Shown: positions 40,880 to 51,736 of the stretch, piece by piece
Layout: every line of letters begins with the position of its first letter
Position numbering within the stretch: position 1 is the first letter of the stretch
NCBI GenBank assembly: GCA_963823555.1
Contig: CAWGMA010000001.1
Coordinates: 1,152,001-1,216,000, forward strand
Length of the DNA stretch: 64,000 nucleotides
Direction of reading: 5' to 3'
DNA from: Candidatus Eiseniibacteriota bacterium
GTDB taxonomy: Bacteria; Eisenbacteria; RBG-16-71-46; CAVPCR01
Program-made: the position numbers and the translations under genes
Notes under the pieces: generated by a model
What the model saw: the letters and a program-made list of their open reading frames with translations, nothing else
Told to the model about the DNA's origin: nothing
The model's database searches: none

Positions 40880-42685
40880 ATGACGAGCGATATCCGCAAC
40901 TTCTGCATCATCGCGCATATCGACCACGGCAAGTCGACCCTGGCCGATCGGTTGCTCGAGGTGACGCACGCCATCCCGACGAATCAGATGATGGACCAGG
41001 TCCTCGATGACATGGACCTCGAGCGCGAGCGCGGCATCACCATCAAGGCCCATCCCATTGCCCTCACCCACGAGGCGCGGGATGGGCGCACGTATCTCCT
41101 GAATCTCATCGATACGCCGGGGCATGTCGACTTCACCTACGAGGTATCGCGCAGTCTGGCCGCCTGCGAAGGGGCGATCCTCGTCGTGGACGCCGCCCAG
41201 GGCGTCGAGGCCCAGACCATGTCCAACTTCTATCTGGCCCTCGAGAACGATCTCGTCATCATCCCGGTGGTCAACAAGATCGACCTTCCGGCGGCGCGGA
41301 CCGAGGCCGTGGCGCACGAGCTCGCGGACCTGGTGGGGGAGACTCCCGACCGCGTTCTCCGGGTGAGCGCCCGGCAGGGGATCGGCATCGAGGAGCTGCT
41401 CGAGGCGGTGGTGGAACGCATTCCTCCGCCCGCAGATACCAGCAGATCTCCTTTGCGGGCACTCGTTTTCGATTCCGAGTTCAACCAGTTTCGGGGGGTG
41501 ATCCCGACCCTGCGCGTGGTCGATGGGGAGATCCGCACCGGCATGCGCGTGCGCTTCCACGCGAGCGGGCCGGAAGCCCCCATCTACGAGGTGCTCGAGG
41601 TGGGGCGCTTCCGCCTGAACCCGATCGCCATGCCCGCGCTCCGGGCGGGGGATGTCGGCTACCTGGTGGCCGGGATCAAGGACGTGGGTGAGGTCCAGGT
41701 CGGGGACACCATCCTCGATGCCGAGCGCACCGCCCTCCACCCGCTTCCCGGATATCAGCCGCTCAAGCCGATGGTCTTCTCCGGGCTCTACCCGGTGGAT
41801 ACCGACGACTACGCGGATCTCCGCGACGCCCTGGCCAAGCTCAAGCTGAACGACGCCTCGCTGTCCTACACGCCGGAGACCTCGGTGGCGCTCGGCTTCG
41901 GCTTTCGCTGCGGGTTCCTCGGACTGCTACATCTCGAGATCATCCGCGAGCGGCTGACTCGCGAATACAACCTGAACCTGATCTCCACGGTGCCCAGCGT
42001 CGAGTATCGGGTGCGCCTGGCCAACGGGGAGACCGTCCGCGTCGACAACCCCTCCCAGATGCCGCCGGCGATCGATGTCCTCGAGATCGAGGAGCCGATG
42101 GTCCGGGCCACCGTCGTCACCCCCCCCGATTACCTGGGCAACCTGATGAAACTCTGCCAGGACCGGCGCGGTATCTTCGGCGGGATCGAATATCCGGTGC
42201 CCAACCGGGCTGTCCTGCACTACGAGATGCCGCTCGCCGAGGTGGTGCTCGACTTCTACGACCGGCTCAAGTCGGTCTCGAAGGGGTACGCCTCGTTCGA
42301 CTACGAGGCGGGGGAGTACCGGGCTTCGAAGGTGGTCAAGATGGACATCCTCCTGAACGGCGACCCGGTGGATGCCCTCTCCGCCATCGTCCATGCGGAC
42401 AAGGCCTTCGAGTGGGGGAAGGAGCTCTGCGAGCGGCTGAAGGCCCTCATTCCCCGCCAGCTCTTCCAGGTCGCCATCCAGGCCGCGGTCGGCTCGCGGG
42501 TCGTCGCCCGCGAGACCATATCGGCTCTCCGCAAGAACGTAACGGCGAAGTGCTATGGTGGGGATATCACCCGCAAGCGGAAGCTCCTCGAGAGACAGAA
42601 GGAGGGCAAGAAGCGCATGAAGCAGATCGGCTCGGTCGAGGTTCCCCAGGAGGCCTTCCTGGCCGTCCTCAAGGTGGGCAAGTGA
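40880..42685 (+). CDS. lepA: Elongation factor 4
   Basis: [53 protein letters not shown]. Confidence 0.98.
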   Translation: MTSDIRNFCIIAHIDHGKSTLADRLLEVTHAIPTNQMMDQVLDDMDLERERGITIKAHPIALTHEARDGRTYLLNLIDTPGHVDFTYEVSRSLAACEGAILVVDAAQGVEAQTMSNFYLALENDLVIIPVVNKIDLPAARTEAVAHELADLVGETPDRVLRVSARQGIGIEELLEAVVERIPPPADTSRSPLRALVFDSEFNQFRGVIPTLRVVDGEIRTGMRVRFHASGPEAPIYEVLEVGRFRLNPIAMPALRAGDVGYLVAGIKDVGEVQVGDTILDAERTALHPLPGYQPLKPMVFSGLYPVDTDDYADLRDALAKLKLNDASLSYTPETSVALGFGFRCGFLGLLHLEIIRERLTREYNLNLISTVPSVEYRVRLANGETVRVDNPSQMPPAIDVLEIEEPMVRATVVTPPDYLGNLMKLCQDRRGIFGGIEYPVPNRAVLHYEMPLAEVVLDFYDRLKSVSKGYASFDYEAGEYRASKVVKMDILLNGDPVDALSAIVHADKAFEWGKELCERLKALIPRQLFQVAIQAAVGSRVVARETISALRKNVTAKCYGGDITRKRKLLERQKEGKKRMKQIGSVEVPQEAFLAVLKVGK

Positions 42686-43353
42686 TGTCGCGCCGGGACT
42701 CGATGACGGTGGCGGCCGCACCCACCGCGCGCCGGGCCAAGTCGACCCTGCGCGAGTACACGGAGGCGATTCTCCTCGCCCTAGTGCTGACCTTCATCCT
42801 GCGCTCATTCGTGATCCAGGCCTTCCGGATTCCCACCGGCTCGATGGAGGACACGCTTCTCGTCGGTGATTTCCTCTTCGTCAACAAGTTCCTGTATGGG
42901 GCGCGGGTGCCATTCACCGACATCCACATGCCGGCGGTGCGGTCGCCCCAGCCCGGAGACATCATCGTCTTCCGCTACCCGCGCGATCCCTCGAAAGACT
43001 TCATCAAGCGCTGCGTGGCCGTCGAGGGACAGGTCGTCGAGATCCGAGAGAAGCGACTCTACGTGGACGGCGTTCTCCAGGACGAGCCCTTCACCAAGCA
43101 CACCGACCCGACCGTGCGCCAGGGCCGCAACGATCCGCGCGACAACTTCGGGCCGGAGCGGGTTCCACCAGGCCATCTCTTCATGATGGGCGACAACCGG
43201 GACAACAGCTCCGATTCCCGGTACTGGGGTTTTCTGAACCACGACCTGATCAAGGGCAAGGCGATGTTCATCTACTGGTCGTGGGATCCCCAGCACAAGC
43301 TCGGGTTCATCCCGACACCGCGCCTGGGACGGATCGGGGATCTGATCCACTGA
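42685..43353 (+). CDS. lepB: Signal peptidase I
   Basis: FRIPTGSMEDTL, FIKRCVA, MGDNRDNSSDSRYWG; TGATG overlap with lepA. Confidence 0.96.
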   Translation: MSRRDSMTVAAAPTARRAKSTLREYTEAILLALVLTFILRSFVIQAFRIPTGSMEDTLLVGDFLFVNKFLYGARVPFTDIHMPAVRSPQPGDIIVFRYPRDPSKDFIKRCVAVEGQVVEIREKRLYVDGVLQDEPFTKHTDPTVRQGRNDPRDNFGPERVPPGHLFMMGDNRDNSSDSRYWGFLNHDLIKGKAMFIYWSWDPQHKLGFIPTPRLGRIGDLIH

Positions 43354-43392
43354 GAGCCGGATGCGACGGGACCGGCCGGCGAGGGCCAGGGC

Positions 43393-44586
43393 ATGACGGG
43401 AGAGGGGCGGCTCGGGTACGGGCTCTATCTCCATTCGCCATTCTGCGCCACGAAGTGCCCATACTGTGACTTCTACTCCGGGGTCTTTCCCGCGTCGCGG
43501 ATCCCGGCTGCGGTCGCGGCCATGGTGCGCGAGATGGAGGAGGCCCGCGCCGATGCCCGGGTCGCGCCTCTCATCGAGCGGGGGCTGGTCACCAGTTTCT
43601 TCTTCGGCGGAGGGACGCCGAGCCATCTTCCCGAGTCCGAGCTCGCACGCCTCCTGACCGCCATCCGATCCTGCTTTTCCCTTGCACCAGGCGCCGAGGT
43701 GACGGTCGAGTGCAACCCCGAGAGCTTCACGGCCGACAAGGCGTCTCGATTGCGGGAGCTCGGGGTCGAGCGCGTGAGCCTGGGTGTGCAATCCCTGGAC
43801 GATGGCGTGCTGGCAGGCCTGGGCCGCCCCCATGATGCGCGGAGCGCCCTGGCTGCCGCCCGGGCGGCGCGGGAGCTCTTCCCCCAGGTGAGCTACGATC
43901 TGATCCTTGCTGCACCGGGTCTCACGCAGCCGGTCCTCGCCGACTCGCTCGATCGCCTGCTCGACCTGGGTCCCGACCATCTCTCGGCCTACGGCCTCAC
44001 GATCGAGGCTGGGACTCCGTTCTCGGCCCGCGTCGTGCGCGGCGACCTCGTCGAGGCCACGGACGATGAGTTCCTGGCCGAGGATGAGCTCGTCGAGTCC
44101 CGTGCCGCTCGGGCCGGTCTCCTCCGCTACGAGGTATCGAACTACGCTCGCCCCGGCGCCGAGTGCCGGCACAACCTCGACATCTGGCGCGGGGGCTACT
44201 ACCTCGGTCTTGGGCCGAGCGCGCACTCCTACCTTCCCTGCGGGGACCACGGCCTGCGCCGCGCCAATGTGGCCGATCTCGACCAGTACGTGAGCCGTCT
44301 CGAAGGCGGCGAATCGCCGGTGGCGACGGCCGAGATCATCGGGCGCGAGCAGGCGATGGCGGAGCGGTTTCTTCTCGGAATGCGCACGACCGAGGGCGTC
44401 GAGCTGGGTGCCTTCGCGGATCGCTTCGGCATCCCGGTCGAGGCCGCCGCGGGCAGCGAGCTGGCTGCCCTCGAAGCGGGCGGCTTCGTGATCCGGCAAG
44501 GCGGTCGGCTGGCCGTGACCCCGGCTGGTCGCGCCGTGCTGGACGCCGTCGTCGGCCGTCTCACGTCCCGCCTCGCGGCGGCGTAG
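43393..44586 (+). CDS. hemW: Radical SAM heme chaperone HemW
   Basis: YLHSPFCATKCPYCDF, GGGTPS, SLGVQS, YEVSNYA, HNLDIW; follows lepA-lepB. Confidence 0.88.
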   Translation: MTGEGRLGYGLYLHSPFCATKCPYCDFYSGVFPASRIPAAVAAMVREMEEARADARVAPLIERGLVTSFFFGGGTPSHLPESELARLLTAIRSCFSLAPGAEVTVECNPESFTADKASRLRELGVERVSLGVQSLDDGVLAGLGRPHDARSALAAARAARELFPQVSYDLILAAPGLTQPVLADSLDRLLDLGPDHLSAYGLTIEAGTPFSARVVRGDLVEATDDEFLAEDELVESRAARAGLLRYEVSNYARPGAECRHNLDIWRGGYYLGLGPSAHSYLPCGDHGLRRANVADLDQYVSRLEGGESPVATAEIIGREQAMAERFLLGMRTTEGVELGAFADRFGIPVEAAAGSELAALEAGGFVIRQGGRLAVTPAGRAVLDAVVGRLTSRLAAA

Positions 44587-44598
44587 GCGGTTGCCGGG

Positions 44599-45720
44599 AT
44601 GCGCGCCGTTCTCGTCCATGACTGGCTCACCGGGATGCGCGGTGGAGAGAAGGTGCTCGAGGCCCTGGCCGAGATCTTCCCCGAGGCTCCCATCTATACG
44701 CTGGTCCATCGCCCGGGCGGAGTGAGCGCGGGGCTCGAGTCGCACCCGATCCGCACGTCCTGGCTCGGACGGTTGCCAGGCGCGCAGCACTATTACCGCC
44801 GATTGCTGCCGCTCTACCCTCTGGCCGCGGCATCGTGGCGAGTTCCGCCGTGTGACCTCGTGCTGTCATCGAGCCACGCCCTGGCCAAGGCGATTGCCAA
44901 ACCGAGGGGTGCGCTGCACGTCTGCTACTGCCACACGCCGATGCGCTATCTGTGGGACCTGTACGAGGACTATTTCAGCAAGGAACGAGCGGGTCTCGCC
45001 ACTCGCCTCGCCATGCGCGCCGTGCGCGATCCGCTCCGCCGCTGGGACCGGAGCACGGCGGCCGGAGTCGATCACTGGCTTGCCAACTCCGCGAACGTGA
45101 GCGAGCGCATCCGGCGGCTGTATGGCGCCGATGCGACGGTCCTCCATCCGTTCGTCGATCTCGAACGCTTCACGCCGCGATCGGGGGCAGAAGAAGCGGA
45201 ACCCCGTTATCTGGTGGTCTCGGCCCTGGTTCCCTACAAGCGGATCGATCTTGCCATCGCCGCGGCAGCCCGGCTCGGGCGTGGCCTCGATGTGGTCGGC
45301 AGCGGCCCCGATGAAGGAAGGCTGCGATCGATGGCGGGCGACCATGTCACCTTCCATGGCTGGGTCGACGATGCCGCGCTCGCGGGGTTCTACCGCCGTG
45401 CGCGCGCCCTCCTGATGCCGGGGGAGGAGGACTTCGGCATCGCCCCCCTCGAGGCGATGGCCTCCGGGCGGCCGGTGGTCGCCTATGGACGCGGGGGTGC
45501 GCTGGAGACGGTGAAGGACGGAGTCACCGGAATCCTCTTCACACCGCAGAGCGCCGAGGCCTTGGCTCAAGCGCTCCTCGCTGCCGAGTCGCAGGAATGG
45601 GACGCGCGGGCGATCCGCGCTCATGCCGAGGGATTCTCACGCCGCCGCTTCCTGGTGGCGGCCAGGGAGTTCCTGACCGGTCTCGGCCTCGAGGCCGGCG
45701 CCGCGGCCCAGCGCGCCTAG
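44599..45720 (+). CDS. GT4 glycosyltransferase (WbaZ-like mannosyltransferase)
   Basis: VHDWLTGMRGGEKVL, CYCHTPMRY, EDFGIAPLEAMASG. Confidence 0.9.
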   Translation: MRAVLVHDWLTGMRGGEKVLEALAEIFPEAPIYTLVHRPGGVSAGLESHPIRTSWLGRLPGAQHYYRRLLPLYPLAAASWRVPPCDLVLSSSHALAKAIAKPRGALHVCYCHTPMRYLWDLYEDYFSKERAGLATRLAMRAVRDPLRRWDRSTAAGVDHWLANSANVSERIRRLYGADATVLHPFVDLERFTPRSGAEEAEPRYLVVSALVPYKRIDLAIAAAARLGRGLDVVGSGPDEGRLRSMAGDHVTFHGWVDDAALAGFYRRARALLMPGEEDFGIAPLEAMASGRPVVAYGRGGALETVKDGVTGILFTPQSAEALAQALLAAESQEWDARAIRAHAEGFSRRRFLVAAREFLTGLGLEAGAAAQRA

Positions 45721-46871
45721 GGCTGGTCGAGCAGCTCGCGGATCACCTGCAGCAGCCCTTCGGCAGATGCCTTCCAGCTGAAGCACTGCGCCCGGGCGAG
45801 GCCGAGCTTCCGGAGTGTCTCCTGCCGCTCCTTGTCGCCGAGGAGCTCCGCCATCGCGGTGGCGAGGGCCCGGTCGTCTCCGGGCGGCACGAGGAGCGCC
45901 GCGCCACCGCTCACCTCGGCCAGGGCACCGCCCGCGGTTGTGATCACGGGAGCGCCGGCGGCCATCGCCTCGAGGACCGGCAGCCCGAACCCCTCGTACA
46001 GAGACGGCATGACGAATAGCCGCGCTCCCGCATAGAGAAGTGGCAGGTCGCCGGAGTCGACGTAGCCCAGGAAACGCAGACGGTCACCGAGAGGATGGCC
46101 GCGACGGAGATCGGCCGTGTCCCCCATGCCCCAGCCCTTGCCGCCGACCACGACCGCCTCGCCAGCGAAAGAGCCCGCCGCGGCGACCTCCGCCATGGCG
46201 CGGAGAAATCCCCCGAGGTTCTTCCGCGGCTCGATGGTGCCGACGAAGAGCACGTAATCGCGCTCGATGCCGAATCGCCGGCGCAGGTGATCGCGCACCA
46301 AGACCGGATCGAGCACACGGAATTCCGGACCGGCAGCCAGGGGGATGACGCGTACCCGCGACGGGCTGATCGGATAGAAGCGAACGAGGTCCCGAGCCGT
46401 GGCTTCGGAGATGGCGATGATGCGATCCGCGGCGCGGAACGAGCGGCGGGCCACCGGGGCGAGGAGGAGGCGGTTCCGCCGGGAGAGAGTTTCTGGATAG
46501 AGGCGGAACACAAGATCATTGCAGGTGACGACGAGCGGGATCTTGCCGCGAAGGGCAACGGGGAGCACCAGGTTCGTGCCCCAGAAGACGTCCAGCCGAT
46601 CGGCGGCAAGGAACTTGGCGGCGCCCCCGTGGAGCCACAGGGTTCCCCATCGTGCCGCGATGCCCTTGCCTTCGCGCACGATGAAGCGGCTCCCAGGGGG
46701 CAGCTGCTCAGCGACGCGATCGCCGTTCCGCATCGTGTAGCAGAAGAACTGGGCGGAGGGATCCTGCACCGCCATCTCGCGCAGGAGCTCCCGCACCGCG
46801 ACACCGATTCCGGTGAGCCGGGTGGCCAGCGGCCGGACGTCGATGCCGATGCGCAGGCTCGGGGAGGGCAT
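45717..46871 (-). CDS. GT4 glycosyltransferase
   Basis: IGIDVR..TGIG, FVGTIEPRKN, PSLYEGFGLPVLEAMAAG. Confidence 0.92.
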   Translation of the reverse strand: MPSPSLRIGIDVRPLATRLTGIGVAVRELLREMAVQDPSAQFFCYTMRNGDRVAEQLPPGSRFIVREGKGIAARWGTLWLHGGAAKFLAADRLDVFWGTNLVLPVALRGKIPLVVTCNDLVFRLYPETLSRRNRLLLAPVARRSFRAADRIIAISEATARDLVRFYPISPSRVRVIPLAAGPEFRVLDPVLVRDHLRRRFGIERDYVLFVGTIEPRKNLGGFLRAMAEVAAAGSFAGEAVVVGGKGWGMGDTADLRRGHPLGDRLRFLGYVDSGDLPLLYAGARLFVMPSLYEGFGLPVLEAMAAGAPVITTAGGALAEVSGGAALLVPPGDDRALATAMAELLGDKERQETLRKLGLARAQCFSWKASAEGLLQVIRELLDQP

Positions 46872-46878
46872 GCGGGAG

Positions 46879-46908
46879 AGAATGGCCGGGGAGTCCGTTT
46901 GCTGTCAA
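46879..46908 (-). promoter_or_regulatory. sigma-70-type promoter, probably giving a leaderless GT4 mRNA
   Basis: TTGACA-N18-CATTCT-N7-ATG; no SD. Confidence 0.55.
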
Positions 46909-46960
46909 CGCGCCCCTGGCCGCCTGGCGCGGCGATCCCCGGAGGCGCGTGCGGGGGGGA

Positions 46961-48250
46961 CTACGAGCCGGCGTCTGGTGGCGGGCTCACCTTGCGGGAG
47001 CGCCCGAGGAGCCCGGCCGCACCGAGGATCATGATCCCAGCGACGCGGCTTGTGGCGTAGCTCAGGGCCACCGCCCAGGCCACCGCGGCCGCGCCATGCT
47101 CCGGTGCCAGCCACCAGGCCAGACCGGCTGCGCTCGCTGCACAGATCAGGTTGGTGACCAGAGAGATGTCGGCGCGCTTGTGATAGAAGATGAGCATCTC
47201 GACCGGTGCGGCGAGCACCTGGAGCGCGACGGCGCAGAGGAGACCCCGCGCGACCGGCGCGGCGGCACCGTACTTGTCCGACCAGACGAGCGACATGACG
47301 GGGCCGGCGGCCGCAAAGGCCAGACCCAGGCCACCGACCAGGAGGCCGAGAAAGGGCAGCGAGCGGCGCTGCAGGTGCAGCGCTTCCCTTGCGTCCCGCG
47401 CCCGCGCGACACGTGCCGACATGACCATCAGGTACTGACTCAACAGGATCGTGATCGGCAATACGAGCTGGCTGGCCAGGTAGTAGTGCGCGGCTTCCAC
47501 GCTGCCGGCGCGAGCGAAGATGATGGGACCGGGAAGATACGTGGCGGCCACCCACAGCGCTCCGGCTCCGCCAAAGGTGAAGGACAGGCGCAGGAACTCC
47601 CGGCGATCCGTGACGGCGAGCCCGGTCCCCCCCGTTGCCCCCGGCGGAAGGAACCAGGCGGAGAGGAAGGCGTGAATGACGGGAGTGAGGGCGAGAGCGA
47701 TGGCGACCGATTGCCAGCGGGGTGGCTCGAGCAGGAGCGCGACCGCGAGCACGATCCCGACCCGGAGCGCGGTGGCGATGCCCCGGATGACCAGCTCGCG
47801 CCGCACGCGTTGCCAGGCGATGAAGATGCTCGAGGCGAGAGAGCCGAGTGCGGCCGCGAGCGCCCCGGCGAAGGCGGCGAACACGGCGCCGCTGCTCCCG
47901 CTCCCCGGGAAGGCGCGCTGGGCCAGAGTGGGGGTGAGCAGCGCACCGAGCGCCATGACCGCGAGACCGGCGCCGAGCTTGACGCCGAGACCAAAGCGGA
48001 CGACACCGCCGGCCTCCTCGCCAGCTGCCAGTCGCGCCGAGGCGAAGCGCACCACCGTGGGGTTGACGCCGCACTCGGCCGCCGCCGAGGCGATGAGGAG
48101 GATCATGAGACAGAAGGAGAGCGAGCCCATGGCCTCGGCGTCGAGGGTGCGAGCGAGCACCATCTGCGTGGCGAAGATGGCGCCCTTGGCGATGACGTCA
48201 CCACCGGTGAGCAGAAGGGTGGCCCGGGCGACGTAGGATCGCTGCACCAT
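46961..48250 (-). CDS. Wzx-like oligosaccharide flippase (MOP family)
   Basis: About 12 hydrophobic segments; N-terminal LLLTGGDVIAKGAIFATQMVLARTL...G pattern; lies among GT genes. Confidence 0.7.
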   Translation of the reverse strand: MVQRSYVARATLLLTGGDVIAKGAIFATQMVLARTLDAEAMGSLSFCLMILLIASAAAECGVNPTVVRFASARLAAGEEAGGVVRFGLGVKLGAGLAVMALGALLTPTLAQRAFPGSGSSGAVFAAFAGALAAALGSLASSIFIAWQRVRRELVIRGIATALRVGIVLAVALLLEPPRWQSVAIALALTPVIHAFLSAWFLPPGATGGTGLAVTDRREFLRLSFTFGGAGALWVAATYLPGPIIFARAGSVEAAHYYLASQLVLPITILLSQYLMVMSARVARARDAREALHLQRRSLPFLGLLVGGLGLAFAAAGPVMSLVWSDKYGAAAPVARGLLCAVALQVLAAPVEMLIFYHKRADISLVTNLICAASAAGLAWWLAPEHGAAAVAWAVALSYATSRVAGIMILGAAGLLGRSRKVSPPPDAGS

Positions 48251-48395
48251 TTCAAGCGGCTTGACCAAGCGACTCCCTGGGGTTGACGCCACGGCTCGAA
48301 CTCCGCCGGCTGGCCCCGCGATGACCGGCTCCCTGGCGGAGGCCTGAAAGTGGGCGATGGCGGAAACGAGCGTGGCCCGGCATTATAGCCCCCCG

Positions 48396-49577
48396 ATGAG
48401 AGTCGCGATCGATGCTAGACAGCTCTGGGAACTGGGGATCGGCACCTATGTGCGGAATCTCCTCGGTGGACTCGCCCGCGCCGGCGGGCCGGAGCTCGAT
48501 CTCACGTTGCTGCTCCCACCCCGGCCCTGGCGCGATACCTGGAGCGATCCGGTGGCGGCCGGGGCCGGTTTCCCGGGCGCCGATGCGGCCGGCTCCGCTG
48601 CGCCACCGCCATCTCGGGTCGCCGCCCCCGCGGTCCGGGGCCTCGAGATCAGCGCTCCCAAGCAGTCCATGAAGGAGCACATCGCGATTCCATTCCGTCT
48701 CTTCTGGCAACGTCTCGATCTCGTCCATGCGCCGCATTATGTCGCTCCACTCGCTGTCCGGCAGCCCCTGATCATCACGGTTCACGACACCATCCACCTG
48801 CTCTTTCCCGAGTTTCTCTCTCCGGCGCGGCGCCGGATCGCCGGCCACCTGCTGGAGCTGGCGCTCCGGCGGGCGAGACGCGTGATCGCCGTGTCGCGGC
48901 GCACCGCGGACGATCTCGAGCACCTGTTTCCGTTCACCCGCTCCAAGCTGCGCGTCATCTACCCCGGCCTTGCTTCCCGCTATGCCGCCGGGGCTCCGGA
49001 TCCATCGAGCGTCGAGTCATGGCGGAGACGGCGCGGGCTTCCCGATCGCTACTACCTCGCTGTGGGAGCCATCCGGCCCCACAAGAACCTCCTTCACCTG
49101 GCCCGCGCCTATGCCGCAAGCGGCCTGGCCCCCGGATGGGAACTCGTGCTCGCCGGCGAGGCCCCGCTGCGGTTCGCGCCGCTCAAGGAGGAGATTGCCG
49201 CCGCCGCAGGGAGCGGCGTTCGGTTCCTCGGACGGGTCGCCGACGCCGATCTGCCGTTCCTCTATGCCGGAGCCACGGGGGTCGCGGTGCCTTCGCTCTA
49301 CGAGGGCTTCGGGTTGACGGCGCTGGAAGCCATGGCGATGGGCGTTCCGGTCCTGGCGGCGGCGACCGGCTCGCTTCCCGAAGTGGTGGGAGAAGCGGGG
49401 TGGCTCCTTCCTCCGCACGACCTCGCCGGCTGGAGCGAGGCCCTGGCCCGGGTTGCGCGCGATCAGGCCCTCCAGTCCGAGCTCGGAGCGCGCGGGCGGG
49501 AACGGGCACGGAGCTTCAGCCTGGAACGGCTGGGGGCGGAGACGCTCGAGGTGTACCGGGAGGCGGCCCGGTGCTGA
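48396..49577 (+). CDS. GT4 glycosyltransferase
   Basis: MRVAIDAR..GIGTYVRNL, TVHD, VGAIRPHKN, PSLYEGFGLTALEAMA. Confidence 0.92.
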   Translation: MRVAIDARQLWELGIGTYVRNLLGGLARAGGPELDLTLLLPPRPWRDTWSDPVAAGAGFPGADAAGSAAPPPSRVAAPAVRGLEISAPKQSMKEHIAIPFRLFWQRLDLVHAPHYVAPLAVRQPLIITVHDTIHLLFPEFLSPARRRIAGHLLELALRRARRVIAVSRRTADDLEHLFPFTRSKLRVIYPGLASRYAAGAPDPSSVESWRRRRGLPDRYYLAVGAIRPHKNLLHLARAYAASGLAPGWELVLAGEAPLRFAPLKEEIAAAAGSGVRFLGRVADADLPFLYAGATGVAVPSLYEGFGLTALEAMAMGVPVLAAATGSLPEVVGEAGWLLPPHDLAGWSEALARVARDQALQSELGARGRERARSFSLERLGAETLEVYREAARC

Positions 49578-49594
49578 TCGCGGGAAGGGAACGG

Positions 49595-51526
49595 CTAGCC
49601 CACGGTGATGATGCGAACGTGGTCGGGGAGCAGCCGGGCTAGCTGGCGCAGCACGTTGCCGCGCAGCATGTGATAGATCGCGGTGCGCTGACTCACTCCC
49701 ATCATCACCGCCTCGACGCCGAGCATGGTCGCGGCCTCCGCCAGCTTGTGGGCGGCGTTGTCAGCGATCTCCCAGATCGGCACCAGCGTGATGTCCTGCT
49801 GGCTCGCGAGCTCCGCCGCCTGGTTGAGGGCGGCGATCACATCCGCATCCGGTGTGAGCTGCTCTCCGGAGAAGAGCCCGGGCCACTCCGTGATCGAGAT
49901 CACGTAGAGGGCGACTCCATTCTCTCCCTTGACGCGGCGAATGGCCTCGGCGATGAGTCGCGGATTGGGGCCGCGGAGAGCAGCCAGGGTGGAGGAGGGA
50001 AGGAGCTTCTTCACCGCCCGGGCGTTGTCGAGATCGAGGATGGGTTCTCGCTCGAGCACCGCGCCGATCGCTTGAGCGCGAAGCCGCTCTGCCCGCCGCG
50101 CAACGGCCGGTAGCTTGTTCAGGGCCTTGACCGGCAGGTCGCGCCGGATGGCCAGTCCGATCAGGAGTCCGGTCAGGGTCACGGCGCCCCCGAACATCGT
50201 GGCGTGCGGTTTGGCGACGATGTTCACGCTCCATGCCGTGACGACCATGAGCGACGTGAAGAGACCGAGGACGAAGCCGGGACCGCGGCGGTGTCCGCGC
50301 CAGCGCTCCACATCGAGACCGATGGATGTGAAGGTGAAGGCGCCGAGCAGGCCGAACGAATACATGTCCCCCAGGAGCTCCAGGTGCCCCTTGGTGAGGA
50401 GGACGACAGCCACCGGGACCAGGGTGGCGAGGAGGATGGCCCGGTGGGGCGTGCCGTAACGAGCATTGCGTGAGGCCAGTGGTTTCGGCAGGTACCGATT
50501 CTTGGTCAAGGCGAGGAAGACGTGGTAACAGCCGATGATGGCGGTATTGGCCGCCAGGAGCAGCAGGCACCCCGCCGTGACGACCACCCCTGCGCGCGCC
50601 AGGATGCCGCCATGGGCGAACGCGAGATCGGAGATCAAGTGGTCGGCGGCCGCGGTCTTGGTCTCGGTCGAAAGCGTGGCCATCGACAGCGCCGTGAGTA
50701 GCGGCGATGTGATGAGGATGGTGAAGATGATGGCCGCCGTCGTCTTGTGCGCCGTGGGGGCGAGGGGGCGTTTCAGTGCCGGTGAGAGCTGGCTCACGCT
50801 CTCGAGACCGGAGAAGGCGAGCCAGGCTGCGGAGAAGCCGACGAGGATCACCCCGGGAGAAAGGCTGTGAACCGCCTTCGTCTGGGTCCAGATCACGCTC
50901 AGATCGGCCACGGCGCCGGTGGCGAGAGCGAGCACGATGACGCCCAGGTTCACCGTGAAGGCGACGAGCGCGAAGACCAGCGACAGGGCCGCGCTCTCCC
51001 GGATCCCGATGATGTTCACTGCCGCCATGAGCAGGAGGGCAATCACGGCCAGCGCGACGACATGGACCCCGAGTCCGGGCAGGAGCGAGCTCAAGTAGTA
51101 GAAACCGCTGGTCGTCGAGATCGCCGAGGTGAGGAAGTAATCGGTGATGATCAGCATGCCCCCGAGGGCGCCGAATCCGGGTCCGAAGGCGCTGGTGGCG
51201 ACACTCACGACGCCACCGCCTTCAGGGTGGGTGATCGTGACCTCGGAGTACTTGAGGGCGAGCAAGACGAAGCCGATGCCGGTGGCCACGACGAAGAGGG
51301 TCGTCAGGTCGCCGACCTGGCCGTGGAGGATGCCCGGCACGTAGTAGACGCTGGTGCCGATGTCGCAGAAGACGACAGCCCAGGCCAGCGGCCAGGTCAG
51401 GTTGCCCGGCAGCTTGGCCGGCTTGCGGCGAGTCCCCAGTGGTTGCTCCGGACCTTGGGCCGCCGCAGGCGTCTCCGCGGCGCCGCGGTCCGGAGGGGAC
51501 TCGGGATCTTCATCGCCACTGATCAT
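49595..51526 (-). CDS. APC-superfamily permease (KUP/KimA-like) with a C-terminal USP-like domain
   Basis: CDIGTSVYY, PEGGG, DYFLTSAIS, FSGLESVSQ, LLAANTAI, MYSFGLL; soluble C-terminus ...AVMMGVSQR...LRGNVLRQL. Confidence 0.82.
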   Translation of the reverse strand: MISGDEDPESPPDRGAAETPAAAQGPEQPLGTRRKPAKLPGNLTWPLAWAVVFCDIGTSVYYVPGILHGQVGDLTTLFVVATGIGFVLLALKYSEVTITHPEGGGVVSVATSAFGPGFGALGGMLIITDYFLTSAISTTSGFYYLSSLLPGLGVHVVALAVIALLLMAAVNIIGIRESAALSLVFALVAFTVNLGVIVLALATGAVADLSVIWTQTKAVHSLSPGVILVGFSAAWLAFSGLESVSQLSPALKRPLAPTAHKTTAAIIFTILITSPLLTALSMATLSTETKTAAADHLISDLAFAHGGILARAGVVVTAGCLLLLAANTAIIGCYHVFLALTKNRYLPKPLASRNARYGTPHRAILLATLVPVAVVLLTKGHLELLGDMYSFGLLGAFTFTSIGLDVERWRGHRRGPGFVLGLFTSLMVVTAWSVNIVAKPHATMFGGAVTLTGLLIGLAIRRDLPVKALNKLPAVARRAERLRAQAIGAVLEREPILDLDNARAVKKLLPSSTLAALRGPNPRLIAEAIRRVKGENGVALYVISITEWPGLFSGEQLTPDADVIAALNQAAELASQQDITLVPIWEIADNAAHKLAEAATMLGVEAVMMGVSQRTAIYHMLRGNVLRQLARLLPDHVRIITVG

Positions 51527-51655
51527 GGGCCGGGATTCTACTCGATCCCGGCGTCCGGCAGCGGCAGGGATCCCCACGAGAGCCGCCGTGATGGCGATGG
51601 TCCAGTGTGGACCGCCGCTTCGGGGTCCGTGGAGGCGTGGTGGCTCAGGGGCCCG

Positions 51656-51683
51656 TTGACAGCGGGGTAGAGGCTGCCATTAT
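51656..51683 (+). promoter_or_regulatory. sigma-70-type promoter for the priming transferase
   Basis: TTGACA-N16-CATTAT with extended TG. Confidence 0.45.
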
Positions 51684-51736
51684 CTTCCGATTCCGGGCGC
51701 CGGGGTGCCCCGGGTCCCGCCCATTCATAGGATCTG

